The notes under the pieces were generated by a model. It did no database searches, was not told the DNA's origin, and saw only the letters and a list, made by a program, of their open reading frames with translations. Of a stretch of 64,000 nt of DNA, positions 27,599 to 41,480 are shown one piece after another (within the stretch, counting starts at the first letter, position 1; each line of letters starts with the position of its first letter). The translations under genes and the position numbers were made by a program. The stretch is from Octopus sinensis. Lineage: Eukaryota. Location of the stretch: assembly GCF_006345805.1 (NCBI RefSeq), contig NC_043019.1:6757360-6821359 (forward strand), written 5' to 3'.

Positions 27599-27987
27599 TA
27601 CATACATACACACATGTTTATTATATATATATATATACCTGTCCGACGTGTACGTTTTGTAATAATCAATGCATTTTTCATTTATGGAATGAATGAACGC
27701 CAAGCATTCCGATTTTCTTTCTCTCTTTTTCTCTCTCGCCCTAATACTCCTAATACTAGCATGACTACTTCTCTCTTCTTCTTACGCTTATTGTAGACTT
27801 TCTCTCTTCTTCTTACGCTTACTTGTAGACTTTCTCTCTCTCTCTCTCTCTCTCTCTCTGCCCCGCGCTCTCTCTACCATCGTCCTTCCCGTCTATCTGC
27901 TTCCCATACGTTACCTTTGACAGGTTTTTGTATCTTCTGCCTTTTCGCCAACGGGTATTCTTGTTGTTCTCCGTGCGGAGGATTGCA

Positions 27988-28334
27988 AACCGAAAGGCGC
28001 CAGGTATGGATGGGTGTACAGTGGATTGCCTAACGGTTAGTGAGGCTTATGAATGTTTGTCATATGGCTGGAAGAGTACCAGAAGACTCATGTAGTGCCT
28101 CAACATTTTGTTATAGTGCCACTGTCAAGGGGAAATGGGATAAATGTTTGTGTGGATATTTTAGGGGTATAAAGTTGGTTGTGTGCGGTTGGCAAAATAC
28201 ATGGGAGGATTCTGATTGTAAGTGGAAGGAACCAGACAATGAGTGTACTAGGGGAGGAACAGTGCGGTTTTAGGAATGAAAGGTTGTGTACAGATCTAAT
28301 ATTTGTAGTGAGGCAGATATGTGAGAAGCTTTAC
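27988..28334 (+). pseudogene. RTE-clade LINE reverse transcriptase N-terminal remnant
   Basis: With frameshifts: RKAPGMDG...RLMNVCHMAGRVPED...KGKWDKCLCGYFRGI...VLGEEQCGFRNERLCTDLIFVVRQICEK. Confidence 0.92.
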
Positions 28335-28376
28335 ACGTACTGAACAGAACACACTTACATATATATATACATATAC

Positions 28377-28452
<76 letters not shown>

Positions 28453-28632
28453 TAAATGAAAGAATGGAGTCGAACGACGATTTAACAAAATTCCTTTAAT
28501 CTCGATATATGTTTCGAAGACTGCATATCTTAATTCCGAAGAATATTCTTAATTAAGAATATGCAGTCTTAGAAACATGTCGAGAATAAAGGAATTTTGT
28601 TAAAGCGTCGTTCGACTCCATTCTTTAATTTA
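28453..28632. repeat. ~180-bp imperfect palindrome (fold-back element)
   Basis: Arms of ~83 bp are reverse complements with a few mismatches and indels; centre AAGAATATTCTT is itself palindromic. Confidence 0.95.
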
Positions 28633-28783
28633 TTTATAGTTAAAAATACACACAAATTTCCATACGAAAGGACGTGATTTCTGCCCTTGGCATGTAGCTT
28701 CAACCATGTTTTCTGACGTGAATTTGCTATCCGGGTATCGGTTAACCGAATTGTCCATACTAGGATAATTCATTCACCTACTG

Positions 28784-28854
<71 letters not shown>

Positions 28855-29771
28855 GTATGTATGTATCTATGTATGTATATGTGATAATCTAATTTTTAAT
28901 AGTAGGCTCATTCAGTTATTTTAATGATCTCATAAAGCCATCTCCCGAGCAAATTTCAATGGAAATATAGCAATATTACTACAATCGTTATATATGAATA
29001 AACAGTTTATACGAAATATAAAAGAAACACACAGAGTGAAACAATACAAATAACGTGCAATAAAACTCAAGATGAGGTCTCATAAATTAAGTCAATATAA
29101 GAAAGGTTATGTTGACATGCTGACATGACAAGATATATCTTGCTCGGATGCATTGAACAAGATGCGAATTCATTCGAAATACATTAGCGATAAGATGCTG
29201 CCGATTCGGATTATAACGCTATTGAGGTTGTTTCAAGTAGACCAGGAGGCGACATGCGGAAGGTTAATAGCAAATCATAGTTTGTGATTACAAGTTTGGA
29301 GTTCAAAGTAGTAAAGGTATATCACGCATGTGCGTTTGTGTGTGTGAGAGTGTGTGATTTTGTGTGTTTGCTGTGTGTATGTGTGTGTGTGTGTGTGTGC
29401 GTGTGTTTGTGTGCGTTTTAGTGGACGTGTGTCTGTGTGTAGATTCTTTGATGTGGCGTATAGATTTTATATAGTGACAAAAAGGAGGTAGTCAGAATCC
29501 TGGAAATTATTTATTTAGCGCTTGAACGAAGGGTGTTTTTTTCCCGAAAATTTAAGCCTTTTGCATATATATACATAAATACACGCACACAAACACACAC
29601 ACACACACATATATATATTCATACATACACACACAGACACACACACACGCACACCACACACACACACTTATATATGTATGTATATATATATATATAATTT
29701 GTTGAACAAATCTGGAGCTGAATTGAGTAGAGTATGTTCTTTGTTATGTTGAATCTGTATGCGTTTGATAT

Positions 29772-29803
<32 letters not shown>

Positions 29804-30555
29804 TATATGTATGTATGTGTGTGTGCAGTGAACTTTTGGAGGCTTGGTTAGAAGTAGAGAAATGTAAACAGAAGACATACGGCGAAACACGATAGGAATC
29901 AAGGAATGACAAAGAAGTAAAAAAATAAAGAATAAAAAAAATAGAAAAAAAAAAAGAAAACGAAAGGAAGAAAGAAAGGGGAGATTTAAATAAAGGGAGC
30001 TCTTTCTTAGATGTTTGGTATTGTATTGTATTCTCTGATCAGCTTTCAGGCCAACCAACCGTAGGAACGTTTCTATTTTTGAAATTGTTGAACTTGATGA
30101 CCTCTTCAAGAGGTCAACTTTCTTTTAGTTCTTATTTTTTCTTATCAGTTGTCACTTTGTCGAACTGTTCAACTGAAAATGATAGACACTACCAACTTTA
30201 TTTTGGTAGGTTATTAAATGTGAGTGGGGTGGTGAAGCGTATCTGTTTGAGTATGCGTGTGTGTGGTGTATGTGCGTGTGTGCGTGTGTGTATGTGTCTG
30301 CGTGTGGTGTAGGGTTTGCTTAAGTGGAATTTTCTAGTTTAGTTACAATAATGAAAACGTTTTAATAACAATTTGTCATGTTCGTAAATATCTGGTCTCT
30401 TTTCTATTTTTATAAGTAGTTTAATTTAGAATTTTTTTCATCAAATAAAGTTCCATCGCCCTCCACTAATTTGGGTTACAACTTGGGCATTTATAGAAAA
30501 CAAAGATATTCAAACTGGTGTTTCTACATATTTAGATATATTCATTTAGTGATAT

Positions 30556-30712
30556 AGTTAGTTAGTTAGTTAGTTAATTTTTTGGCTAAAAAGCAAAGAT
30601 CAAGGCCATGTAGGGGGACATGGAGTTAAGTACAGGGTGGTGTTCATGTAAAGAGTTCAGGCCACTTGAGGTCAAGGGAGTCTTTGAACAAAGAGGTCGT
30701 CGGCATCTTCAT
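30556..30712 (-). mobile_element. CR1-like LINE 3' end with (AACT)n tail
   Basis: Minus strand reads KMPTTSLFKDSLDLKWPELFT* (CR1-type ..FKxxLDxxW), then a short 3'UTR and an AACT repeat. Confidence 0.75.
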
Positions 30713-31596
30713 AAACCGTAATCCGTTTCGTTTGATGCGTTGAATGTGGTTTTACTCGATCACAATAGGAATTCTCAGTTCCTCTAATAATATTTTATTT
30801 ACCTTTGGAACAGGATATGCAGTATCTGAGACTCTGTGCCTTGCATTCATACCTATATTTATTTGGAAGCCGAAACCAACAATTCCTTTTGCCCTATGAA
30901 AATGCATTTTATTTGTCTTTACGGCGTTAAGCATGGGTACCAACCCCTCGTGAACATAACATTTCACGAAGATTGACAGTATCACAGATACGAGTTCCTT
31001 CGTTACGTAAGATTTTGGCAGTCATAACCCTAAAATCTTGCTTGAATACGTACAGGAATATCGACCCAATAATTTTTGTAATGGTATTTTGCATAGGGAC
31101 AAAATTGAATATATGGGGATAGTACTTTATAGCACCTGTCCATTAAGACAGTTAGAGAGGGAACTTTTTAACAAAATTGTTGGAGAGACTGTTATCTCCT
31201 TCGATGGAAAGATTACCTTGGACAGGATAGATCGAAACGATTATGTGATCAGAATGATGAAATCGAAAGATACGAAAAAAGTAAGAATGGTCGGGTGGCC
31301 AGCCGCTACATCTATACATACATGCATATTTGTATATATATGTGTGTGCGTATGTAAATATGGGCGTATATATGTATATATGTATCCAGTCACACAGAAA
31401 CGCATATGTGCAATAAGTTAAAGATATGAACGAACAACCAATCGACCAGACAGAGAGCCAATCAATCAATCATTCAATTAATCAATGATATCTTATAGCT
31501 CATTATATTAGCCTATTACTAAAAACCTCCACTTGTTGACACAAACACATACATGCCTGCATACATTGCGACATACATAAATACATAAATACCTGC

Positions 31597-31657
<61 letters not shown>

Positions 31658-31661
31658 CATA

Positions 31662-31695
<34 letters not shown>

Positions 31696-31734
31696 CATAC
31701 ATATACACACACATATATATATATATATAAAAAG

Positions 31735-31772
<38 letters not shown>

Positions 31773-32294
31773 TTTTAAATATATACAAACAAACACAGAT
31801 ACGCGCACGCACACGCACACACACACACAAACTCACACACAGACACAAACACACACACACACACACACCACACACTCACTCACACACACATATATATATA
31901 TATGTGTGTGCAGGCGTATATGAGTGTCGTGTTAAAACACATTCCATCGTCTTTTACCCTTCCCGCCATTTCCGTTTTTTTCCCCAACCCTCTCCCTTTC
32001 TCTCTCGTTCCTCCCCTCTCTCTCTCTCTCTCACTTTGTAATGACCGCCATATTGCATTACCATAGCTCTTATTATATTTGTCTCTGCAGTGTCATTGTT
32101 ATTTTACGTTTTAAATGAAGCGTATTAATTTCTTTTTTCGCTGGCAGACAGATGCTGCCATCTATTAACGGGCAGCAAAGATAAGAATCTGCCATAAATC
32201 ATTTGCATCGCATTCTATTATTATCGTTATTATCATTATTACTATTATCATTATTATTTCATTATTATTATTATTATTACTATTATTACCTTTA

Positions 32295-32345
<51 letters not shown>

Positions 32346-32626
32346 TTTTATTTTTTTTTTATTACTGTTGTTGTTGTTCTTCTTCTTCTTATTATTATTA
32401 TTGTTGTTGTTGTTATTCTCATAGGTGTGAAGATGAAATAATAACTAAAGAACTGCAACGCAAAGAACTCAGTTATATATAAGATATTTGAATAAGATAC
32501 AATTTATTAGAAAATTATATTTGCACAGATTTCTTGCTTACGCTAAGTATATACACAAACACACATATATGCATACATATATGTATATATATATGTATAT
32601 ATATATACGTATATATACACACACAT

Positions 32627-32668
<42 letters not shown>

Positions 32669-32757
32669 CCATACATATATCTATATGTATATATACATGT
32701 ATATACAAACATACGTGTAAATATATATACGCATACATGTATATATATTTATATAAT

Positions 32758-32801
<44 letters not shown>

Positions 32802-33001
32802 GAGAAATATATATATCTACATTTACATATACACATATATATGTGTGTATATATTAGTATACATGGGTATGTGTGCGTATGTGTGTGTGTCTCTGTCTAC
32901 GAATGTGGTAGCATTTGTGCTTGAGCTTTTGCATTTGTTCTGATGGGAATGTGAGAGTGTGTTTGTATACATACATATGTATGCATATATATATATTATA
33001 A

Positions 33002-33033
<32 letters not shown>

Positions 33034-33041
33034 ATATATAT

Positions 33042-33074
<33 letters not shown>

Positions 33075-33563
33075 TATATATGATGCGAATGTGTGCCTGT
33101 GCGATTTTGTACGCTGTTGCATGTCGTTGGCGATCTTGTGTGGATATATGTTTGTGCGTTCTTTGCAGCATAAACTCGGTAGGTAGAGAGAAGAATATTT
33201 GCTAGATACGGAATGAAACTGTTAAATAAATGATAAATGCCACAATCCAGTGTGGGCGACAAAGAAAGTGATAGATTAGAAATGGTAAGTATGGAGCGAG
33301 AACGAGCTGTTATTGCTGGAGAAAAAGGAAGAGTTTTTCGCCGTTGAGTTTGAATATAATTTATATGAAGAATTATATAGAAACTAAACGATTTTTTGTT
33401 AGTTTTATAGGTGATGACAATACTCATCCTTTATAAATGATAACAGTATAAAGAAAGGAATATACCAGTGGCATATATAGGGGTATGTTTTTTCATAATG
33501 TGTTAGACATATTGAGAATAATATCCCTTTGTTTCACTCCCTCTCTTTCCCGATATATATATA

Positions 33564-33990
33564 CGAGGGTGAGGCAAAATTAGTGCCATTTTTTAGGACA
33601 GATATAATTACCAACACAGGAACGTGTATCGTACTCCAAAATGAAGCTGGTTCTCTCCGGATCACATCCCTACTTCTCAACATAACACCGTTTCTCTCAA
33701 TAGCAATGTTCCACCTTCGAATGAGAGCATGTATCCCTGCCCTGTAAAATTCTGTTCACTGTTCTTTGAGCCAGTTCTTCCCTACCTTCACACTCACTAG
33801 ATTTAGCGCCTTCAGACTATCATTTCTTCGGCCCCACGAAAGAGGGTTTGAGAGGCAAATATTATTCCAGTGACGAGAAAGTGAAAACTGTAGTGAAGAG
33901 TGGCTCAAAAGCAGGCAACAGAATTTGCTCTCATTCGAAGGTGGAACATTACTATTGGGAGAAACGGTGACTACGCAGATATGCAGGAAG
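33564..33990. mobile_element. Mariner-derived element built from two inverted transposase 3' ends
   Basis: TA|CGAGGG terminus at 33562-33569; + strand HSLDLAPSDYHFFGPTKEGLRG (YSPDLAPSD motif); - strand WLKEQ*TEFYRAGIHALIRRWNIAIERNG. Confidence 0.85.
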
Positions 33991-34152
33991 TAAATAGACA
34001 CCTTTAATTTTCAAAATATTTTATTTAATACGCCAAGTGAACAATTGAAATGTAATCGATAGGTAATGCAAAAACGGCAAGTTCAGCTTGTTCAACTCTT
34101 CCGAAATTCGATTCATATATATTCCCACCTCAGTAATTATTGTATTAATAAG

Positions 34153-34370
34153 GGCGGTGAGCTGGCGGAAACATCACACCGGACGTAATGCTTAGCGGTA
34201 TATAGTCTATCTTTATGTTCTGAGTTCAAAATCCTAAGATGCCGACTTTGCCTTTCATCCTTTCGAGATAGATAAAATAAGTACCAGTTGCGTACTGGGG
34301 CCGATCTAACCGACTGGGCGTCTCCTCAAAATTTCGGGGGCTTTATGCCTAGAGAAAATAACAATATTAG
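34153..34370 (+). mobile_element. tRNA SINE family B, near full length
   Basis: GGCGGTGAGCTGGCGG head, GAGTTCAAAATCC B box, family B core. Confidence 0.85.
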
Positions 34371-34379
34371 GTTCCATCC

Positions 34380-34965
34380 GGCGGATAGCTGGCAGAAACG
34401 TTAGCACGCCGGGCGAAATGCGTAGCCGTATTTTGTCTGTCGTTACGTTCTGAGTTCAAATTCCGCCGAGGTCGACTTTGCCTTTCATCCTTTCGGGGTC
34501 GATAAATTAAGTACCAGTTACGTACTGGGGTCGATGTAATCGACCTAATACCTATGTCTGTCCTTGTTTGTCCCCTCTGTCTTTAGCCCCTTGTGGGTAA
34601 TAAAGAAATAGGTATTTTGTCTGTCTTTATGTTCTGAGTTCAAATTCCGCCAAGGTCGACTTTGGCTTTCATCCTTTCGGGATCGATAAATTAAGTACCA
34701 GTTACGCAGTGAGGTCGATGTAATTGAATTAATCCATTTGTCTGTCCTTGTTTGTCCTCTCTGTGTTTAGACCATTGGGTGTAGTAAAAAAAAAAGGTAT
34801 TTCGTCTGTCTTTCCGTTCTGAGTTCAAATTCCTCGGATGTCGACTTTGCCTTCCATCCTTTCGGGATCGATAAATTAAGTACCAGTTACGTACTGGTGT
34901 AGGTCTAATCGACTGGCCCACACCCCAAAATTTTGGGCCTTGTGTCTAGAGTAGAAAAGAATTAC
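34380..34965 (+). mobile_element. SINE family B with one head and three tandem ~185-bp bodies
   Basis: GTATTT(T/C)GTCTGTC unit starts at 34428, 34612 and 34797. Confidence 0.92.
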
Positions 34966-35889
34966 TGTAATAATCCTAGACAGGCGAAAGGAAAAATAGA
35001 TTTCGCAAATTATTTTGTCCAACGCTTTATCGACTCTACAAATTTACACTTGTACGGAACTAGATATTGCAAAAAGGTTCTGCCCACAATTTCAGTATTC
35101 CCGCCCTTAAGAATTTAATACCAAATATTGAATGAGGGAATAAGGTGGTAAGCATAATGAAATTAAAGACAGAGACAAAGAGATATCCCTAGACCGGAGA
35201 TATAAAACAAAAACAAAAAACAGAAAAAAATACTGGGAAACTTCGAGATGAAACCGTCTTAATTAGACAGATTGCGAAAAAACTCAGCTGATAAAGAAAA
35301 ATAAACTGATTAATCGTTAGTTTTTTTTCTATCCATCAATGAATGTGAACAATAATAAGGTTAAAGGAGGTTTGCGTTGTTTATGAAATTCAGTCAGATA
35401 TGAAATTTCCTGGTTTCTTCAGATGACCCCGGTTGAAAAGTTCAAAAATCGAAACTTAAAATTGATTAAGATATAGGGATCACGAGGTCAAATTTTTAAT
35501 GTTTTCAATGATAGTCTAATATTAAGGGTAATCATATCGAACTTTGAACTATGTATCTGAGTAATGGAAAATTAAAAGGGAAGGTGTTGGGGACAAAATG
35601 GGGTTTTTATCAGGAGAATGCCAGAAAATATCTCTTGCATTCACACGCCGACGCCAACAGATACAGGCACAAACACTTATAAGTATGTAATTAAAGAATT
35701 ATATTACTAAGCGCTGCATATGGTATATTTGTGTGTGTATATGTGTGCGTATTATATGTATACCATGCAATATATATGTATATAGATATTATATATGCAC
35801 ATATATATTATATATATATATATATATAAGATATATATATATACATATATGTTCACACGCAGACGCACAGACTATATATATAATATATA

Positions 35890-35928
<39 letters not shown>

Positions 35929-36270
35929 TGCATATATGCCCATAAAAAAAGAATATAAAAGTATACATTTTGTGTATGGATTTAAGTATATATATATATG
36001 TGTGTGTGTATGTGTGCGCGTGTGTGTGAATGTGTTTGTGTCTGGCTGTGTGTGCGTGAGTATACATAAATATACACATACATACATGTGGTGTGTATGT
36101 GTATGTATATGTATGTAACTATAAAATATGTTGGGATATGCATATATAGAATCATTTATATACGCAATTATATAATATATATATATATAATAATTATAAA
36201 TATGAAAGTATTTATATACGCATATACGTGAATATAAATATGTATATGCACACACGCACAAACATATATG

Positions 36271-36309
<39 letters not shown>

Positions 36310-37069
36310 TTACAACCATATATATATATACGTATAAAAAAATATATATATATATGGGGTTTATGCTTGTGTGTATTTGTATGTGTGTGTCTATATGCAT
36401 GTGTATGCGTGTATATGACTGTGAGAAAAATTATGATAAACTTCAGTTTATACCATTGGTACCCAAGGCACCTTTCAAAGTTCCGACTGTTTGGGACATC
36501 ATAGGATCCTTAATCAGTACGGATTTTGGTATTGACTTATCGCGGCTTCCAACAATGTAACCGGTTTGTGTTCGTTGGGAGTGCAAACAATTAGTTCAGA
36601 ACCACAATGTGCTTTCCCCACGATATTTGGGAAATACTTAATCACGTACACTGGAATATATCGTATGTTGGGAAAGTTGAAAACCTAGTAAATACCATTG
36701 GACCATAATATTTAAGAGGTCCCATATCTTCTAGAAAAAGGAAGAAAAAAAGGAGGTAGAGATATACAGGGAGATTGATGGACAGAAGAGAGAAAGAGAG
36801 AGAAAGAAAGAAAGATAGAAAGATAAGTAACGATCTCAAAATTTTACTATAAATTTATTTAAAATACCTGAATTGATGAAATGCTAATTTAACCCTCGCT
36901 GGATTTGGAATAAGGTAGGTAAGAGCTCAGCAAACCGCGACCAATAACGCAAAGCATTTAATCCGACGCTGCAATGAATCTGCAGAGACCGCCGCCCTTT
37001 ATGCATAAATATTCCTTGCATACATATGTGCATGTACACAAAATATAATAAAATTCTCTCTCTCTCTCT

Positions 37070-37475
37070 CTTTTAATCTTTTGCTTGTTTCAGTCATTTG
37101 ACTGCGGCCATGCTGGGGCACCGCCTTTAATCGAGCAACTCGATCCCGGGACTTATTCTTTTGTAAGACCAGTACTTATTCCATCGGTCTCTTTTTTGCT
37201 GAACCGCTAAGTGACGGGGACGTAAACACACCAGCATCGGTTGTCAAGCAATGCTAGGGGGACAAACACACACACGCACATATATATATATATATATATA
37301 TATACTTATATACGACGGGCTTCTGTCAGTTTCCGTCTACCAAATCCACTCACAAGGCATTGGTCGGCCCGAGGCTATAGTAGAAGACACTTGCCCAAGG
37401 TGCCACGCAGTGGGACTGAACCGGGAACCACGTGGTTGGTAAACATGCTACTTACAACACAGCCACTCCTGTGCC
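37070..37475 (-). mobile_element. Full-length CORE-type SINE (family A)
   Basis: Reverse complement of the 23773-24188 type from tail to CAGCCACTCCTGTGCC head. Confidence 0.92.
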
Positions 37476-37715
37476 ATTTACATATGAAATATGATATACA
37501 CACTCTCAAACGCAAACAAACGCTCACCGACATATATATTCGATGGGATTCTGCATATTTTCATTTCACCAGATTGCAATTAGAGTCCGAGGCTATAATA
37601 ATTGATTCTGTCTTTGGTACCACGCAATGAGATCTCATTTGGAATCATTTCGTTGTCAAGTAGATTTCTTATGAAACAATCGGCCGGGCCTGAACTGATA
37701 ATCTACATTCATTCA

Positions 37716-38045
37716 GTACATGGCTTAGTGGTTAGAGCGTCGGGGTTTCAACCATGAGATAGTGAGTTCGATTCCCGGATAGGGATGTGTTTTTTTTCGT
37801 GTATGTGTGTGTGTTTGTGTTGCGTTCTTGCTCCTGTATACTCCTCTGTAGAAATGATTTGTGACGTCATTGGTGCCTAGAAGTATCGGTTTTTGTCTTT
37901 CCTTTCGATGACATCGGTGGCGTGATGAGGTGAGTTTGGTATGCATGGACGATTTTTGGTCTTCCATAAAGAACCCTGCCCGGAATTATGTTACGGAGGA
38001 GAGCTTTTTATGTGTTATCCCTTGATCATTCATGACCGAAGGGGT
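37716..38045 (+). mobile_element. tRNA-derived SINE with a distinct body
   Basis: TGGCTTAGTGGTTAGAGC A box, GTTCGATTCCC B box, then a non-tRNA body ending CATGACCGAAGGGG. Confidence 0.75.
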
Positions 38046-38116
38046 CTTCCCACTTTAACGTTGTCTGACCACAATTCTCCTGAAGACGTTACTTCAAGGT
38101 ATTCATTTTCTCTCCG

Positions 38117-38156
<40 letters not shown>

Positions 38157-38224
38157 ATATATATATAATATATATATATTTTATTTATATATATATAATA
38201 TATATATATTTATTATTATATATA

Positions 38225-38255
<31 letters not shown>

Positions 38256-39113
38256 ATATTATTATATAAAGAGAGAGACAGAGAGAGAGAGTATTTGAAT
38301 ATGTGCATGTATCGAGTGTTTGAAGTGTGTACAGATATTTTGTATATTGAGAAATATGAGTCGGACAGAATTTGGGAGAATTCTTTAATCGCGCTTTCGT
38401 TCTTTTTTTGAACTCGTTAAAACAAGATCGAAATCAAAATGATAAAAACAGAACCTTTCGTTCTTCATTAAACTTTTCGTTGCTCAGCTTTTAACATTTA
38501 GGTTTAGATTTTGTCTTAACGAGTTCGAAAAACGAACGAAAGCGCGATAAGGAATTATCCAAAATCCTAACCACCTCCTTAAATATATATATGTGTGTGT
38601 GTATGTATGTATATTTGCGCGCGCGCGTGTGTATGTGTACAAGCATAAACGTATATATATGGATTTGTAAATTTGATCTCTATTTGATCTCCATTGAACT
38701 GAAATCATATTTTACCCGACAAACAATTCGGAACGAAGCCCAACAAGGAACATTACAAATCGTTGGTGTTTACTTCACGGGACTCGAAACCACAACAGTG
38801 CTCTGAAGAAACAATGGCATGTTGTATAAGGCCACCGACGAAAACGACGAGAGATATTGATTTCTAGATTGCAATTAACAATCCAATTCTGTCAGCGGAA
38901 TATTGAAATAACAGAAGACTGTAAAAGCTTTGTAAATTGAAACAGATTGCGATTTCTATTTAATACGTAGGTCCCATCTTGTTGGAAGAGGTCACGTCGC
39001 TTGAAATTAATTACGGCATGATACGGACACATATTACACGCACGAAGACATACACACTGATGGAGACCTGCACACGCACACACATGTCCATACCACCCCA
39101 ACACACACATACG

Positions 39114-39146
<33 letters not shown>

Positions 39147-39277
39147 GAAGTTCGCTTATCCGCGCGCGTGTGTGTGTATGTGAGTACTTATATATATATA
39201 TGTATATATCTATATATCTAGAGGCATACCTAGATGTATACGTATATGTATAAACACAAGAATGTTTTGGTGTATAA

Positions 39278-39315
<38 letters not shown>

Positions 39316-39441
39316 AAGTATGTAAGATATATATATATGTATGTATATATATATATATGTATGTATATATGTATATACTATATATATAATATATATATAT
39401 ATATTATATATTTATACATATATATATATATCTATATACAT

Positions 39442-39506
<65 letters not shown>

Positions 39507-39818
39507 TTATATAGATGCATACATACATACTACATATTTATACGTATATATACTCCATAAATACTTATAAATAACATACATGCATACGTACACTCACCAT
39601 CATCCGAACTCTCTACCTCTCTCACTGTCTCTCTCTCCCTCTTTTTCTCCCTCTTTCTTTCTCTCTCTGTCTCTTTTCATGTATAAAAGGATACTTAAGC
39701 TATTAGATCCGTATAGTTGAGATGTTATTCAAGTTATTGCTCCCGACGGCAGTATACTTTAGGAGAGAGAGAAAAGGAGTGGTGACAGAATGTGGAAGAT
39801 AGACTGAAACGTAAACAT

Positions 39819-39876
<58 letters not shown>

Positions 39877-40472
39877 GGGGAGGAATACAATTAATTATTT
39901 CTATTATGACTATAATTGCACAGGTTGTTTCGACGATGGCGTGTCAGTGGAATATTGTTGATGAAAGATTATCATGTCTTTGATATCATATATAATCATG
40001 GAGGGATAGTCGACTGGTCCGTTATTTATTCCATATCAAACACAAATGAATCCACAGTAGGTCGTTATCCTCGGCGTTGTTATTCTTCTTCTTATTATTC
40101 GTGTCGCTATTTTTGTTTATTTCCTGATTGACGTTGATGCGCATGCTCATAGCAACCCTGATTGGACTCCAATATTGATCAAAGAATTTCTGGTGCAACC
40201 AATTTCATTTATGTATTTATTTTTAACCGTAGTGTACTACATTATCCCAAACATGTTCCTTCTAAGACAAAACATTTTGTGTTTTTTTTTTGCTTTTTGT
40301 TTTGCTTTAATTCTGAGTTGCAGTAGTGGTTGCTAAATCTATCTTTGATTAATTCCCCATCAACAGAGGAACTATGTCCCAAAGTGATTCATGAATGGTC
40401 ATCTCATATTTGTTTCTCCCTGTGTATATACACTTTCAAATGTTATCAGGGATTTTTTTATAACATTTACAG

Positions 40473-40862
40473 AGGCGTAGGAATGGTTGTGTGATAACTA
40501 GCTTGCTTACAAACCACATGGTCCTGGATTCAGTTCCACAGCGAGGCACCTTGGGCAAGTGTCTTATACTATAGCCTCGGACCGACCAAAGCCTTGTGAG
40601 TGGATTTGGTAGATGGAAACTGAAAGAAGCCCGTCGTATATATATATATATATGTGTGTGTGTCTGTGTGTGTGTGTGTATGTGTATGTGTGTGTGTGTA
40701 TGTGTGTGTGTGTGTATGTTTGTTTGTGTGTCTGTGTTTCTCACCCCAACATCGCTTGAGAAGTGATGCTGGTGTGTTGACGTCCCCGTAACGTATCGGT
40801 TTGGCAAAAGAGACCGATAAAATAAGTACTAACATTACACAGTATAAGCTCTGGGGTTGATT
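40473..40862 (+). mobile_element. CORE-type SINE (family A), 3' end clipped
   Basis: Same architecture as 23773-24188. Confidence 0.9.
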
Positions 40863-41028
40863 TACCATAATCATAATCATAAACCTCCTCATAATCATCA
40901 CCACCATCTTCATCTTCTTCATAAATACTATATCTATAATCATCTTATATTTCACCATTCGCAATATCTTTATGAACACCTCTACCATCATCATCATCAT
41001 CCTCTTCATCCTCGTTATCATCATCATC

Positions 41029-41064
<36 letters not shown>

Positions 41065-41480
41065 ACAACAACATATTCATTATCATCATCATCATCATCA
41101 TCATCATCTTCACCCTCATCGTCATCGTTATCATCTTCATCATGACCATTATCATCATTACCATCATCATCACCACCATCATGATCATCATCTTCAACCC
41201 CGTGATCATCATCCTCATCCTCATCATCATCTGCATCATCATCATCTTCATCCTCGTCATTATCATCATCATCATCATCATCAAAAACAACATATTCATC
41301 ATCATCATCATCATCATCATCTTCACTCTCATCGTCACCGTTATCATCTTCCTCATGACTATTATCATCATTACCATCATCATCACCACCATCATCATCA
41401 TCATCTTCAACCCCGTAATCATCATCATTTTGCTGCTCGTTATCAACAGCATCATACTCATCATTATCGTGGTTATTCTT
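40863..41480. repeat. (CAT)n-derived field with a 213-bp internal duplication
   Basis: TCTTCAACCCCGT(G/A)ATCATC recurs 213 bp apart (CCCC at 41198 and 41411). Confidence 0.88.

Noticed and set aside
27768-27835. ~32-bp tandem duplication TTCTCTCTTCTTCTTACGCTTA(C)TTGTAGACT
   Set aside because: Ordinary short slippage duplication beside a TC repeat.
36690-36750. Strong minus-strand polypyrimidine tract plus AG acceptor
   Set aside because: The tract is a by-product of a GA-rich repeat, and the downstream donor is weak.
38960-39020. FQQDG transposase-like word on the minus strand
   Set aside because: No flanking DDE/DDD context.
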